Shown here piece after piece: positions 29,342 to 40,740 of a DNA stretch of 50,141 nt (positions within the stretch are counted from its first letter, which is position 1; every line of letters starts with the position of its first letter). The stretch lies in assembly GCA_964016885.1 (NCBI GenBank), contig CAXHJY010000735.1, forward strand, positions 1 through 50,141, in the 5' to 3' direction. The notes beneath the pieces are model-generated. The model saw only the letters and a program-made list of their open reading frames with translations. It had not been told where the DNA came from and ran no database searches. Source of the stretch: Eledone cirrhosa. Its lineage: Eukaryota. The position numbers and the translations under genes were made by a program.

Positions 29342-29930
29342 TCAGGTCACTCCTGGGTGCTACTGGTAACATGTAACCCAGTACAACCTGTTCCCTGGTC
29401 GGGTCATCGGCGACTAAACTGGCAACCCCACCAGGCTTGCTTGATGAGGAGGGTGATTATTTGTCATCATGCAGGACGAAAAACAAAACCTGTCAAAGGG
29501 TGGAGGAACTCGTGTGAGTCAACGGCCATCCATTAGTATGTACATATGCGGGTTGCAGTCAGGTCTGGTTGTTCTGGTTTCCCTGGATTGTCCTGCTACT
29601 GGCTACCATGCAACCCTGCCACATTGGGCCATATGGAGGTTGTTAGCCTTGGCAAGTAGCCCATCTAAGAGAAGGAAAACTCTGAATCCAAACCTCCACC
29701 GCCTTGCGGTGATATCCAATCATGAGAAGGCTTCAGGAGTAAACCTTGTGGAAAAATCTGGAGTCATTCATTACAACTTCATTCTGGCAGCTCCTGGGAC
29801 AGTGCTACTGCCAAACTGTAGCAGCCTCGCTGCTCCTTTGGATCCAGCAGCGTTGTGGAGAGGGGAGACATGCTGCATGGGCAACATCCTGTCCTCTAAA
29901 TCACATCACACAGGCTTTATCCAGCCACTC
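29342..29930 (+). mobile_element. Non-coding repeat resembling an RTE 5' UTR
   Basis: Contains ctaagagaaggaaaactctgaatccaaacc, a motif I recognise from RTE 5' UTRs and derived SINE bodies; possible HDV-like fold at its 5' end. Confidence 0.45.
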
Positions 29931-29951
29931 CATTCTATGCATGTATGTATC

Positions 29952-29990
<39 letters not shown>

Positions 29991-30659
29991 CAGGAGCAAA
30001 GGGTCCATGTATGCAACTCATGTAATGCATGCCTTGGTTTCTTTCTTCCTAGGATAGATAAAATTTGTTTAATATAAAATTTTCCTTGTTGGCTAAAACA
30101 CACACACACTCTCTCACAAACACTACATTTCCTATTTATTCTACTGTTTCTGTCATTCATCTCAACCTACAGATAAATAAGCATGCAATAGTTTCTTTGC
30201 TTGCGGAAAAACGCACACACTCACAAACACTACCTACATTCCATCTCGATTTTACTCTTTTTTTCTGTCATTCACTTCGACCAACAGATACTAAAGAAAC
30301 TTCATATACCCTATATCATCAGTGGGCAAGGGAGCTGAATTCCTGTGGTGAAGGGTAACTTGGAAAGCAGGGCATGCAGTCCAATTGCCATCGCAGAGAG
30401 TGGTGCTGTGGAACCTTATTCTACCACTTCGCAAAATTATTTGTCGTCCTCTCCTCCATTTGTAAATCTGATATGAACTAATTTTAAAGTCAGAAAATGC
30501 ACTTCTACCAACAGACTACACTTCAGGCTTGACACCTCTCTCCACTAGACTTGATCACTCCCCATTAGTAATAGCCTGGCGATGAACCTGTCATCATATT
30601 GGTTACGTGAGAAATATGAGTAAATAATATAACCTTCAAATAATGAATTATTTAAAATT

Positions 30660-31400
30660 TCTTTGTAAATCAGTTCAATTCTTCATTTCTTTTTCGCAAA
30701 TTCATTCATAGCTTTACTATAAAATGTATCAGCACCACACTCTACCTTCATCTTCTTCAAAAGGTTTTTATTCATGGAAATGAAGACCAAATTGCTCAAT
30801 CTCTCTTCACTTTGAGAACACCTCATATAATTATTTACTTGCTTTAATGAAGAAAACGATCTCTCATATGGAGCAGGTATGGTCAGAATCAGGTGTAATA
30901 ATTTTGTTACTTCTGCCAGAGCTTTATTTAGTTGATGTTCCCATAATACGTCTGCGACTTCCTGGATGCTTGACGCTTGCTTTGCAAAATTTGCAGCATA
31001 AACTAATTTCAGCTCGCATTTCAATCCATCCAAATCCAATATGTTTAAATAGATATCCAAAAATGAAAATGCTTCCATCGGAAACATGAAGAAGCTTCGG
31101 ATTCACCAATTCAACAAATCTGAACTCTTCCATGGATTTAAATCTTTACTGAACGTGAACAATAACTTCATCCAAAATGTTGTTAAACGAAGTTCTTAAA
31201 ACAGCTTCTGGTTCTTGATATTGACCATGCTTCTCCTCCTGTGGTTCAGCAACACCACCCAGAACCCAGCAGTAAAATTACTCAAACTTGTTTTTGATAT
31301 CAACCAATTGTTTCTGGAAGTTTTCAAACTCATGAAAGCATCTGCAAATATCAAATGAACTTTTTTGAAGGATCGAAAACAGAATTTCTGACCCACTCAA
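30660..31400 (-). pseudogene. hAT transposase C-terminal (dimerisation) fragment
   Basis: KLLHLILTIPA..ERSFSSLKQVNNYMRCSQSEERLSNLVFIS; frameshifted. Confidence 0.85.
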
Positions 31401-31444
31401 TATAGTTTCAAAAACTACTAATAAAAAATTTGGTATATAGAAAG

Positions 31445-32700
31445 GATAACAGGGCCCAGATTCCCTCAGGGAAATGGCCTTGTTCAGTGTGCAGGAAAGG
31501 AGTAGGTAGAAATTCCATCCTATGCCTGAAAGCAAACTATGGGTACACAAGAGATGTAGTGGGATTTCAGGTAGGCTAGCAAAGAATGCAGGTTTTATAT
31601 GTGGTCATTGCACAGGTGCAATAAGTAGCAACAGCTCACAGGATACTAATTCCTTTAAACGCCCAGATGGTTCGGCAGAAGTAGTTGATAATTTCTGTTA
31701 CCTGGGTGATCAAATTAGCAATGAAAGTGGGTGTGCCGAAAGTATTGTAGCTAGAGTGAGAATGGGATAGAGAAAGTTCAGGGAGCTACCACTGCTGCTA
31801 ATCACAAAAGGTTTTTCCATCAAAATGAAGGGCATATTGTATGATGTGTGTATACGAACAGCAATGTTGCATGGCAGTGAGACCTGGGTGCTGTGTCAGA
31901 TGACCTACAAAGATTGGAAAAAAATGAAGCTTCCCTGCTTCGATAGATGTGTAATATAATATAAATGAACAGCAAAGCATAAATGAACCGAGAAAGAAAC
32001 TGGGCATAAGAGGTGTCAGATGCAGTGTGCAGGAGAGGAGATTGCATTGGTGTGGGCATGTGATGCCTATGAAGGATGACAGCTGTATAAAAAGGTGCAG
32101 AGGACTCAAAGCTGATGGAAGCTATGGTCTAGGAAGACTTGGGATGAGGTGGTAAAAGCTAACCTTGCACAATTGGACCTCTCGAAAGCAATGACACAGG
32201 ATTGAGATCTCTGGCGTTGTACAGTAATACAGGAGACCCACCTTCCAATGTGCACAGGTTGAAGCATACATCTTGTATGTACTACCTCCCCCTCTCACTT
32301 CCATACACCTCCACATGATAACACCCCTCCTTTCATCCAAGTCCCTCCCCCTCTTGCACACTGCACTCATGCTTGAACACTCAATGCTAGATCTACCTCC
32401 CCAATCCCTACACACCTGCCTCACAAATCCAAGTCCCCAGGCTGCACTGTAAAGTGGCAGTGATGGCGACACGACAAAAAGCACCCAGCCCACACTGTAA
32501 AGTGGTCATGTAGGTGTCATGACAAAATGCACCCAGCACATACTGTAAATGTGATTGGTGTTAGGAAGGGCATCCAGCCATAGAAACCAAGCCAAAACCA
32601 GTCCTGTATGAGCAAGACATAGTTTCTGACTTGGTTTGTCTCCCAACGAGGCAATTCGTCTAAATCATGCTAGTGTGAAAAAATGGACGTTAAACGGTGA

Positions 32701-32704
<4 letters not shown>
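31445..32704 (+). mobile_element. Degenerate RTE LINE 3' part (with PHD-like insert)
   Basis: WPCSVCRK, WVHKRCSGISG, EVVDNFCYLGDQIS; 3' UTR repeat units and a short GAT tail. Confidence 0.9.
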
Positions 32705-32730
<26 letters not shown>

Positions 32731-32735
<5 letters not shown>

Positions 32736-34590
32736 CGTGAGGTGTTCAGGATTGCTAGGCAATGCGTCAAGGAAAACCGTGATATTGTCGGGGAGAAGTG
32801 TGTACTTAACGATGATGGCATACTTGCCATCACCGACACTGATAAGAAGGTAGCTTGGAAGTGTCACTATGAAAGGCTACTAAATGAGGAGAATAAATGG
32901 GAGAAAGACAGTCTCCCCCATATCGACCCAATAGAGGGACCAGCAGTGTTAGTCGAGGGGAGTATAATAAGTAAGGCAATCAAGGATATGAAGACAGGTA
33001 AGGCGGCTGGGCCTTCGGAAATAGTTGCTGAGATGCTGAAGGCATCTGGCATGGTGGGACACACCATGGTCACTCGCATAGTTAACCATGTCGTACAGAA
33101 TGGGGTTGTTCCGAAGGACTGGCATAGCAGCATCATCGTTAACTGTTATAAGGGTAAAGGAGACGCCCTAGATAGGAGTAACTATAGAGGCATTAAATTA
33201 ATCGACCAGGTCATGAAGGTCACGGAAAAAGTAATAGCGCAACTAATCAGAGAGAGAATTGACCTAGATGAAATGCAGTTCGGGTTTGTGTCAGGCAAAA
33301 GTACCACAGACGCTCTTTTCATAGTACGACAACTACAGGAGAAGTTCCTAGCTAAAGGTAAACCCCTCTACTTAGCTTTTGTCGACTTGGAGAAAGCCTT
33401 CGACAGAGTCCCCCGCTCCATTATCTGGTGGGCTCTTAGAAAACTAGGCGTTGACGAATGGCTTGTGAGGGCTATACAAGCCATGTATAAAGAAACAGTC
33501 AGCAAGGTTAGAATTAACAACGAATATAGGGAAGAGTTTAGCGTAAAAGTTGGCGTCCATCAGGGCTCTGTTCTCAGCCCCCTACTATTTATTATTGCCC
33601 TTCAGGCTATAACAGAGGAGTTCAAGACAGGCTGCCCATGGGAACTCCTATACGCAGACGACCTGACACTCATAGCGGAATCAATGGCCGAGCTAGAGAA
33701 GAAATTCCAAACATGGAAGCACGGCCTAGAGTCAAAAGGACTTAAAATTAACCTGGCTAAGACCAAAGTTCTAGTTTGTAGGAAAGAAAACAAGGCGGCG
33801 GTCCCTTCTGGGAAATGGTCGTGCTCGGTGTGTAGGAAAGGCGTAGGTAGAAACTCCATTTTATGTCCTAAATGCAAAGTATGGGTGCATAAAAGATGTA
33901 GTGGGATCACAAGTAAGCTAACTAAGAACATAGATTTTACATGTGGCCGGTGTTCTGGTGCAATAAGTAGCAGCAAGTGCCCACAAAATACTAGCTCTTT
34001 CAAAGGCTACGTTGGTATGGACACGTGATGCGCATGAAAGTCGATAGATGTATAACAAAGTGCAGGGCAATAAAGATAGACGGTAGCCACGGAATAGGCA
34101 GACCTAGAAAAACCTGGGACGAGCTGATAAACTCCGACCTCACACACTTACACCTCTCCAAGACAATGTCACTGGACCGAGACCTTTGGCGGTACTCAGT
34201 AACAGAGAAGACCCGCCTTGCCAGTAGGCATCTCTAACAAACTACACCCCGTCCCGCCACCACCCCCACCCCATCCACACCACCCCGTTCCATGTAAAGT
34301 TATGTTGGTGCCGCGCCATCCAGGCCGAAACAAATGAGATCGTGTAGGTGTCACGACAAAAAAACACACAGTCCACGCTGTAATGTGGCCGTGTAGGCAA
34401 CACGGTAAAAACCTCCCAGACCCACACTGTAAATGTGGTTGGTGTTAGGAAGGGCATCCAACTGTAGAAAACCTGCCAGACAGTCCTATGCGAGCAAGAC
34501 AATCACTCTTGCCTCAAGTGGGACTACCCCCGTCCAAACCCATGCAAGCGTGGAACACGGACGTTAAACGTTGATGATGATGATGATGAT
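32731..34590 (+). mobile_element. 5'-truncated RTE LINE with an internal deletion
   Basis: ORF 32742-34028 (KAAGPSEI, NYRGIKL, FVDLEKAFD, LLYADD, PHD-like insert); ~380-bp deletion at ~34004 relative to the 27.2-kb copy; (GAT)n tail. Confidence 0.96.
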
Positions 34591-34981
34591 ATAGATATGT
34601 GTATCCCGGGTTCAATCGGGGGTAACCACAGTCAGTAAGGTACTCAATACATAGCCGAGTTTAAATATTTAATATAGAAATGGCTTCTACAGGACTAGAA
34701 CTGTTTCATTCAAAGGAAATCATCAAGAATAATATCAAAATAATATGCCATGTGAGTTTACACACACACACACACATATATATATACACCTGTCTTAATG
34801 CTTCAACAATAAGCTTTCCAATCTGATGTTAATCAACAGTAAATGTTGATTTTTGCTGCATGAAATGGTACCATATTGGCAATGTGCAAAACTCAGTGGT
34901 CTTGAATTTTTAGCCCTAATTCTCTGATAGAGCAATCATGATTGTTATAGATTATATATCAATTTCTTTTTATATATATAT

Positions 34982-34983
<2 letters not shown>

Positions 34984-35064
<81 letters not shown>
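34984..35064. repeat. (CA)n microsatellite
   Basis: Seen directly in the sequence. Confidence 0.97.
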
Positions 35065-35068
<4 letters not shown>

Positions 35069-35124
35069 TGTGTATATATATATATATGCATGCATACACA
35101 TATATATGTATGTATATATATATA

Positions 35125-35345
35125 TCATCATCACCGTAAAACGTCCATTTTTCCATGCTAGCATGGGTTATACGGGTTGTCCTATTTGAGGCAAGTTGGT
35201 TCAGAACTGTTTCTGGCTGGTTTCTATGGCTGGATGCCCTTCCTAATGCCAACCATATTTACAGTGTGTGCTGGGTGCATTTGATGTGACACCTACACAA
35301 TCACTTTACATTGTGTGCTGGGCGCATTTTGTCGTGTCACCATAT
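35125..35345 (-). mobile_element. RTE 3' UTR / tail fragment
   Basis: Reverse complement of cacactgtaaa...ggcattaggaagggcatccagcc...cccatgctagcatgg...gatgatg. Confidence 0.8.
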
Positions 35346-35924
35346 GGTGAGCCCATAAAATGTAGGTATTTGGGTGAGTGTGCATATATGTGGGTTTTTG
35401 TGTGAGTATGCATATTTGTACTTGTAAGTGAGCATATGTGTGTGTGTGTATATACATATATGTGTATACACAGCACACAAAAACAAGATGGTGTAAGACA
35501 GAACAAAGAAGAGACACAAAATAAAAAAAACCCAGTCACTGAGGTCATAGAATGTGCGATGAAAGAGCTTCAACATATAAACACCCATCAGTTATTGAAC
35601 CAACCAACCAGCCAACCAATCAGAAATTTATAATAAATTGAAGTGAAAACCAACAGGTGCATGTGTTTTCATTGGCAGCATGACCCTCCCAAAGTATAAC
35701 AATATCTGTTTCAATAACGTTTTCAGATAAGAAATCTTGCAAAACAAATTCAAAAACATAATCGGAATGTTTTCAACCTAAAGTTAACCGAGTACTCTCA
35801 CACTTATCTATAGCATCTGAATAGCAGGAGATTGTTACTGTGTGTACTATTAGTTTCTAATATTTAAAAACCAAACCAAATGAAACCCACCCAACACACC
35901 CATCTGACTATTATTATGGACCTA

Positions 35925-36612
35925 CAGAAAGCACAATGTTGGTGACATGATAGAAGGCACTCAATCCATCCTGTAAAGTGGGCGTGTTGGCTCCATGACA
36001 GAAGGCACCTGGCTTTCCCTCGGGTGTCGGCAGGTTGGTGACATGACAAAAGCACACAGTCCACCCTGCAGTGTGGTTGTGTTAGTGACTAAACAATAAA
36101 TGTCCAACCCACCCTGTAAAGTGGTCATGATGGACTCATGACAAAAGCACCCAATTCAACCTGTAAAGGAGTTGTGATGGAAAAAATGGCTGTTCTGGTG
36201 CCAAGTACCAGACCATACTGTTAAGATGTCGCTCAGGTGCCGTGACAAAAAGCGCTCAGTCCACACTGTAAAGTGGTCGTTTCAGTGCCAAAACAAAAAG
36301 CACCCAGTCCACACAGTAAAAAGGTTGTGTTGGTGACACAACAAAAAGCACCCAGTCCACACAGTAAAGAGGTTGTGTTGGTGACAACAAAAAGCACCCA
36401 GTTCACACTGTTAAATGGTTGTTTTGGTGCCACAGTAGAGGGCAGCTAGTTCACTGTAAATGTAGTTGGCCTTAGGAAGGGCATCCAGTTGCAGAAACCA
36501 AATCAGAAGGAGTTCTGTATGAGCAAGACACGGTCATCTAACCTGACTTGTCGCAGAACAGGACAACTTGTCTAGCATGGAAAATGGACGTTAAACTGTG
36601 ATGATGATGATG
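35925..36612 (+). repeat. Tandem array of ~53-bp RTE 3'-UTR units ending in an RTE tail
   Basis: About 10 degenerate copies of aaaagcacccagtccacactgtaaagtggt(c/t)gtg..ggtg.catgaca, followed by aggaagggcatccag...ggacgttaaac..gatgatgatg. Confidence 0.8.
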
Positions 36613-36689
36613 GTGATATAGGGGAAAAGGGAGAGATGGGTAGAGGGCGAACTTTACACTCTTGGGTGAATGGTATATTTCAGTTGTGC

Positions 36690-37100
36690 TTCATGGACAA
36701 GGTAGCATAAACGTTGCTGTGGAATGCAGCCAGCGATAATCGCTACATCAACAATTCCATCTCAAAGGACTCCTTCCTCAGGTATGATGCTACCATCATA
36801 ATTTTGAGGAAGAAAACAGCAGTCCAGAGACTATTGACACCAGAGATCTCAATAACAATTGGCACAAAATATGAATTGGTCAGTCCATACCCGGTATTTA
36901 GTCATCTTCTGATTCTCTGCATCGCAAGCGATGGTGCCTGGGTTTTTAACCAAAATGTTCAGAAAAGCACGAAACAATTAAAGGGTCGCAGTAGAGGTTT
37001 GAGGGCCGTTGACAAAAAACCCAAACAGCCAAAATGAGATGAATGAAATTTACAGCTCACACCTATGTAGCTGGCCTTTTACGAGATTGCGTATCATAAG
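36690..37100 (-). pseudogene. Degenerate CRE-like (restriction-like endonuclease) non-LTR retrotransposon C-terminus
   Basis: Minus strand, with a frameshift, reads DAENQKMTKY...QFIFVPIVIEISGV...RLSLAAFHSN, resembling the AE..K..KY...FVP.A.ET.G...QRLS.A.QRGN pattern of CRE elements. Confidence 0.5.
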
Positions 37101-37292
37101 ATTGCTCTTGAGTGCTTTAATGATAAGGGCTTCAATCCTATCTTGCTGTTAGAGCTCATATCTATGCAGGTTTAGTCACATATTGATATATAATTAGACA
37201 AACGGATACACACATATATATATACACACACACGCACACACAGACAAATAAATAGGCAAACAGATAGAGAGAACGATAGATAAATAAACAGG

Positions 37293-37775
37293 AAAAATGA
37301 AATTTCATTTCTCACTCTTAGTACGGCTGATAAGTACGTATACGTACATACATGCACACATATATATATATGTACGTATGGGTTTACCGAACATTTATTA
37401 TAATGCTCGGTTTATTTGTAAACAAACAGCCCGATTATTAGCCGTACAGTATATGCAAATTAGGCTGCTCAGCCGTTAATATGCATAAGGAAAGTATATA
37501 CTTTCAAATGTTTAATCAACTGACAGGAAGGTATACAGTGCTGATGACAGCTAATAAGCTAGAAACTAGTTCATCGTTCCTTTGTCAGTGTTGAACAAAT
37601 AGGGCAGCGATGGTTGCCGAACACTGTACGGCTAATAATTCGGGCTGTTTGTTTACAAACAAACTGAGCATTATAATAAATATTCGGTAAACTCATACGT
37701 ACATATATATATGTGTGCATGTATATACATACTACTGTACGTCTGTAACATATATGTATCTACGTATACATACTT
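37293..37775 (+). mobile_element. Retrozyme-like insertion (420-bp family) with a 5' inverted arm and 17-bp TSD
   Basis: TSD atagataaataaacagg at 37276-37292 and 37776-37792; inverted arm 37293-37450; forward arm 37451-37775 homologous to ~11668-11990. Confidence 0.85.
37535..37577 (+). ncRNA. Type I hammerhead ribozyme
   Basis: acagtg-CTGATGA-c-agct-aata-agct-a-GAAA-CTAG-TT-catcgt; stem I has one mismatch. Confidence 0.75.
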
Positions 37776-37895
37776 ATAGATAAATAAACAGGCATAGATA
37801 AATAGACAGATCGAGCGATCAATAGATAGATGGGGAAGAGGGTCCACGACGAGAGACTAATAGATAAGAGAATAATGAAAACAGAAACCGAGAAA

Positions 37896-38058
37896 TAATT
37901 GTTTCTAATTTAGGCACAAGGCCAGCAAATACCCAGTGCATTACTGGTACTTTATTTTATCGACCCCGTAAGGATGAAAGGCAAAGTCAACCTCGGCGGG
38001 ATTTGAACTCAGATCGTAAAGGGACGTAACTATGCTGGAAAGCATTGCGTCCGACCCT
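37896..38058 (-). mobile_element. tRNA-derived SINE (abundant family)
   Basis: Same body and B box as 17159-17375. Confidence 0.85.
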
Positions 38059-38228
38059 GGGAGAGAGAGAATATCACATACCGACTTAAACGTACGATTG
38101 AAAACTCGGAAAAAAAAATAAAACAGGAAACTTTTTTACTTCACCCTGACAGGTGCTTTTTAATTTTTTTTTTTTTAATAAATTTAAACTCAGGTTTGCT
38201 TATTTGTAACTCCAAGCCTCGGCACTAC

Positions 38229-38619
38229 CATGCTATTAGCTGTCAGAAATGAAAGTTTCGTCAACCTTCTCAATCGTAAACATCGTTTATTTCCGTATTA
38301 CCACGCGTTTAATAAAGCATATCGATGTAAGTGGAGTTACTTAAATGAAAATATAGGTGGCCCTTAAAAGGGCCAAATTAGAAAACAAGTCATGGTTATC
38401 AAATAAATTGGATTTAATCATTATATTTTCATAGTCAAGGTTATCAATTTCATGTATAGGGTTGATGAAAAAAATTTGATAACCATATATTTGTTTTCTA
38501 TTTTGGCCCTTTTAAGGGCCACCTATATTCTCATTTAAGTAACTCCACAATACGGAAATAAACGATGTTTACGATTGAGAAGGTTGACGAAACTTTCACT
38601 TCTGACAGCTAATAGCATG
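38229..38619. repeat. Fold-back element / long inverted repeat (~145-175-bp arms)
   Basis: catgctattagctgtcaga...ggttatcaaat (38229-38404) mirrors atttgataacc...tctgacagctaatagcatg (38474-38619); the left arm carries an extra ~31 bp. Confidence 0.9.
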
Positions 38620-38878
38620 ACAGCTAATAGCCTCCATCCACAGTTTTCGGAAAAGAAGTCGTTTGCGAGTGGTCAGATTCGTACACGACAAAACCTTAAA
38701 AAGAAAACATCGAGGATGCGAGAACCCGAAGCCCTCCCCCATTTCCATTATCTGGGGGTGAAGGGTGAAGGGCGATTGTGAGTAAGTTGGAAGCCAGATT
38801 AGTTGAAAACACGAAAACACCTAAATAAAAATGCAATTTCTCACCGAACGGCAGAGAAGTGCTTTTCTAAAAATTTGC

Positions 38879-38921
<43 letters not shown>

Positions 38922-39210
38922 CAAATAACGAAACGAAATTAAATTTCGTTTCGTTTGTAACTCACTTTTGTATGACTGACGCTTAAACAATTAAGTTAAA
39001 AATGTACATCTACATATGCATACTGAAATACTAGTATGCATATGAATACACACACGTATACATATGTAGATGTACCAAGTCTTTCACTGGTTACTTTACT
39101 GTCAGTAATCCAGCTATTCTGTATGTAAACACACAGACAAACCGGTTTTTAGAGTCATACTGGTTTTCGAGGAAACACCTTTCCTCTATTCTCCAGAAAG
39201 CCAGACAAGG

Positions 39211-39255
39211 AATATTGAACTAGTTTCGTTGTTGTTACAACTCATCAGCAATATT
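39211..39255 (-). ncRNA. Type I hammerhead ribozyme (inverted copy)
   Basis: Exact reverse complement of 39913-39957. Confidence 0.88.
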
Positions 39256-39445
39256 TACCTATCTACCGGCCTTTCTGGAGAATCGTAAAAGCACATATCG
39301 TTATATGCTTTTTCTATGAAAATTAGTAGTGGGCAGACTAATTTGCATAGAGTGTGAGTACGTACCGGTTCAACGGAGACGATAAAAACAAATAACGAAA
39401 CGAAATGTGCTTTTACGATTCTCCAGAAAGGCCGGTAGATAGGTA

Positions 39446-39490
39446 AATATTTCTGATGAGTTGTAACAACAACGAAACTAGTTCAATATT
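39446..39490 (+). ncRNA. Type I hammerhead ribozyme (G>T at the first stem I pair)
   Basis: aatattt-CTGATGA-gttg-taacaa-caac-GAAA-CTAG-TT-caatatt. Confidence 0.8.
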
Positions 39491-39912
39491 CCTTGTCTGG
39501 CTTTCTGGAGAATAGAGGAAAGGTGTTTCCTCAAAAACCAGTATGACTCTAAAAACCGGTTTGTCTGTGTGTTTACATACAGAATAGGTGGATTACTCAC
39601 AGTAAAGTAACCAGTGAAAGACTTGGTACATCTACATATGTATACGTGTGTGTATTCATATGCATACTAGTATTTCAGTATGCATATGTAGATGTACATT
39701 TTTAACTTAATTGTTTAAGCGTCAGTCATACAAAAGTGAGTTACAAACGAAACGAAATTTAATTTCGTTTCGTTATTTGTTTTTATCGTCTCCGTTGAAC
39801 CGGTACGTACTCACACTCTATGCAAATTAGTCTGCCCACTACTAATTTTCATAGAAAAAGCATATAACGATATGTGCTTTTACGATTCTCCAGAAAGGCC
39901 GGTAGATAGGTA

Positions 39913-39957
39913 AATATTGCTGATGAGTTGTAACAACAACGAAACTAGTTCAATATT
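39913..39957 (+). ncRNA. Type I hammerhead ribozyme
   Basis: aatattg-CTGATGA-gttg-taacaa-caac-GAAA-CTAG-TT-caatatt: 7-bp perfect stem I, G-C-closed stem II, palindromic stem III, GUU cleavage site. Confidence 0.9.
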
Positions 39958-40740
39958 CCTTGTCTGGCTTTCTGGAGAATAGAGGAAAGGTGTTTCCTCG
40001 AAAACCAGTATGATTCTAAAAACCGGTTTGTCTGTGTGTTTACATACAGAATAGGTGGATTACTGACAGTAAAGTAACCAGTGAAAGACTTGGTACATCT
40101 ACATATGTATACGTGTGTGTATTCATATGCATACTAGTATTTCAGTATGCATATGTAGATGTACATTTTTAACTTAATTGTTTATATATATATATATATA
40201 TATATATACAGCTACTGAGAGAGAGAGAGAAAAGGACATCATGTATTAGAAGCTAGATAGAGAATGACAGGATATGTGTGACAAAAGAAGTAGAGACCTA
40301 GTGAAATAGAGTGAATGAGTAAGTGTGTGTGACAGAGAAAATGAGAAAAAGAGAGAGAGAGAGAGTGTGTGTAAGACTAAACACGAGACGGATAAAGTCT
40401 AAGAGATGAACTTGTTCAGTACAAACTCAAACAAGCTGTATGTGTACTCCTATAATAAAATTCTACTTCACACGCTTTCTCTCTCTCTTCCACAAACACA
40501 CATATATACTACACACACACACGTATATATATTTATACTAATTTACACACACACACATACATATATATACAAACACAATGCGTATATATACGTACACATC
40601 CCACAGACAGGCTGACGTAGATATTTGAAAATAGGAATGTAAACATAGATGTCTATATATATATATTTATATATAAACATATAGGTAATGGTATACATAC
40701 ATCATGTTTAAGTATATAACTAAAAAAAAAACAAAAAAAC

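Larger units (their letters stand above)
38915..40184 (+). mobile_element. Retrozyme-like array: inverted ~1.05-mer plus direct ~1.66-mer of a 467-bp hammerhead-containing monomer, inserted in (TA)n
   Basis: Period 467 (CTGATGA at 39453 and 39920; terminal repeat 38922 vs 39389); inversion junction at 39405-39406; only a few substitutions seen between copies. Confidence 0.9.

Noticed and set aside
29198-30358. ORFs of 100-200 aa
   Set aside because: No recognisable domain; they run through a non-coding repeat and microsatellites.
35925-36612. CRISPR-like periodic array
   Set aside because: The units are degenerate along their whole length with no unique spacers, they match RTE 3' UTRs, the context is eukaryotic, and no cas genes are present.
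38602-38631. tgacagctaatagc resembling hammerhead stem II at 37545-37560
   Set aside because: The match is short with no catalytic core around it and is probably coincidental.
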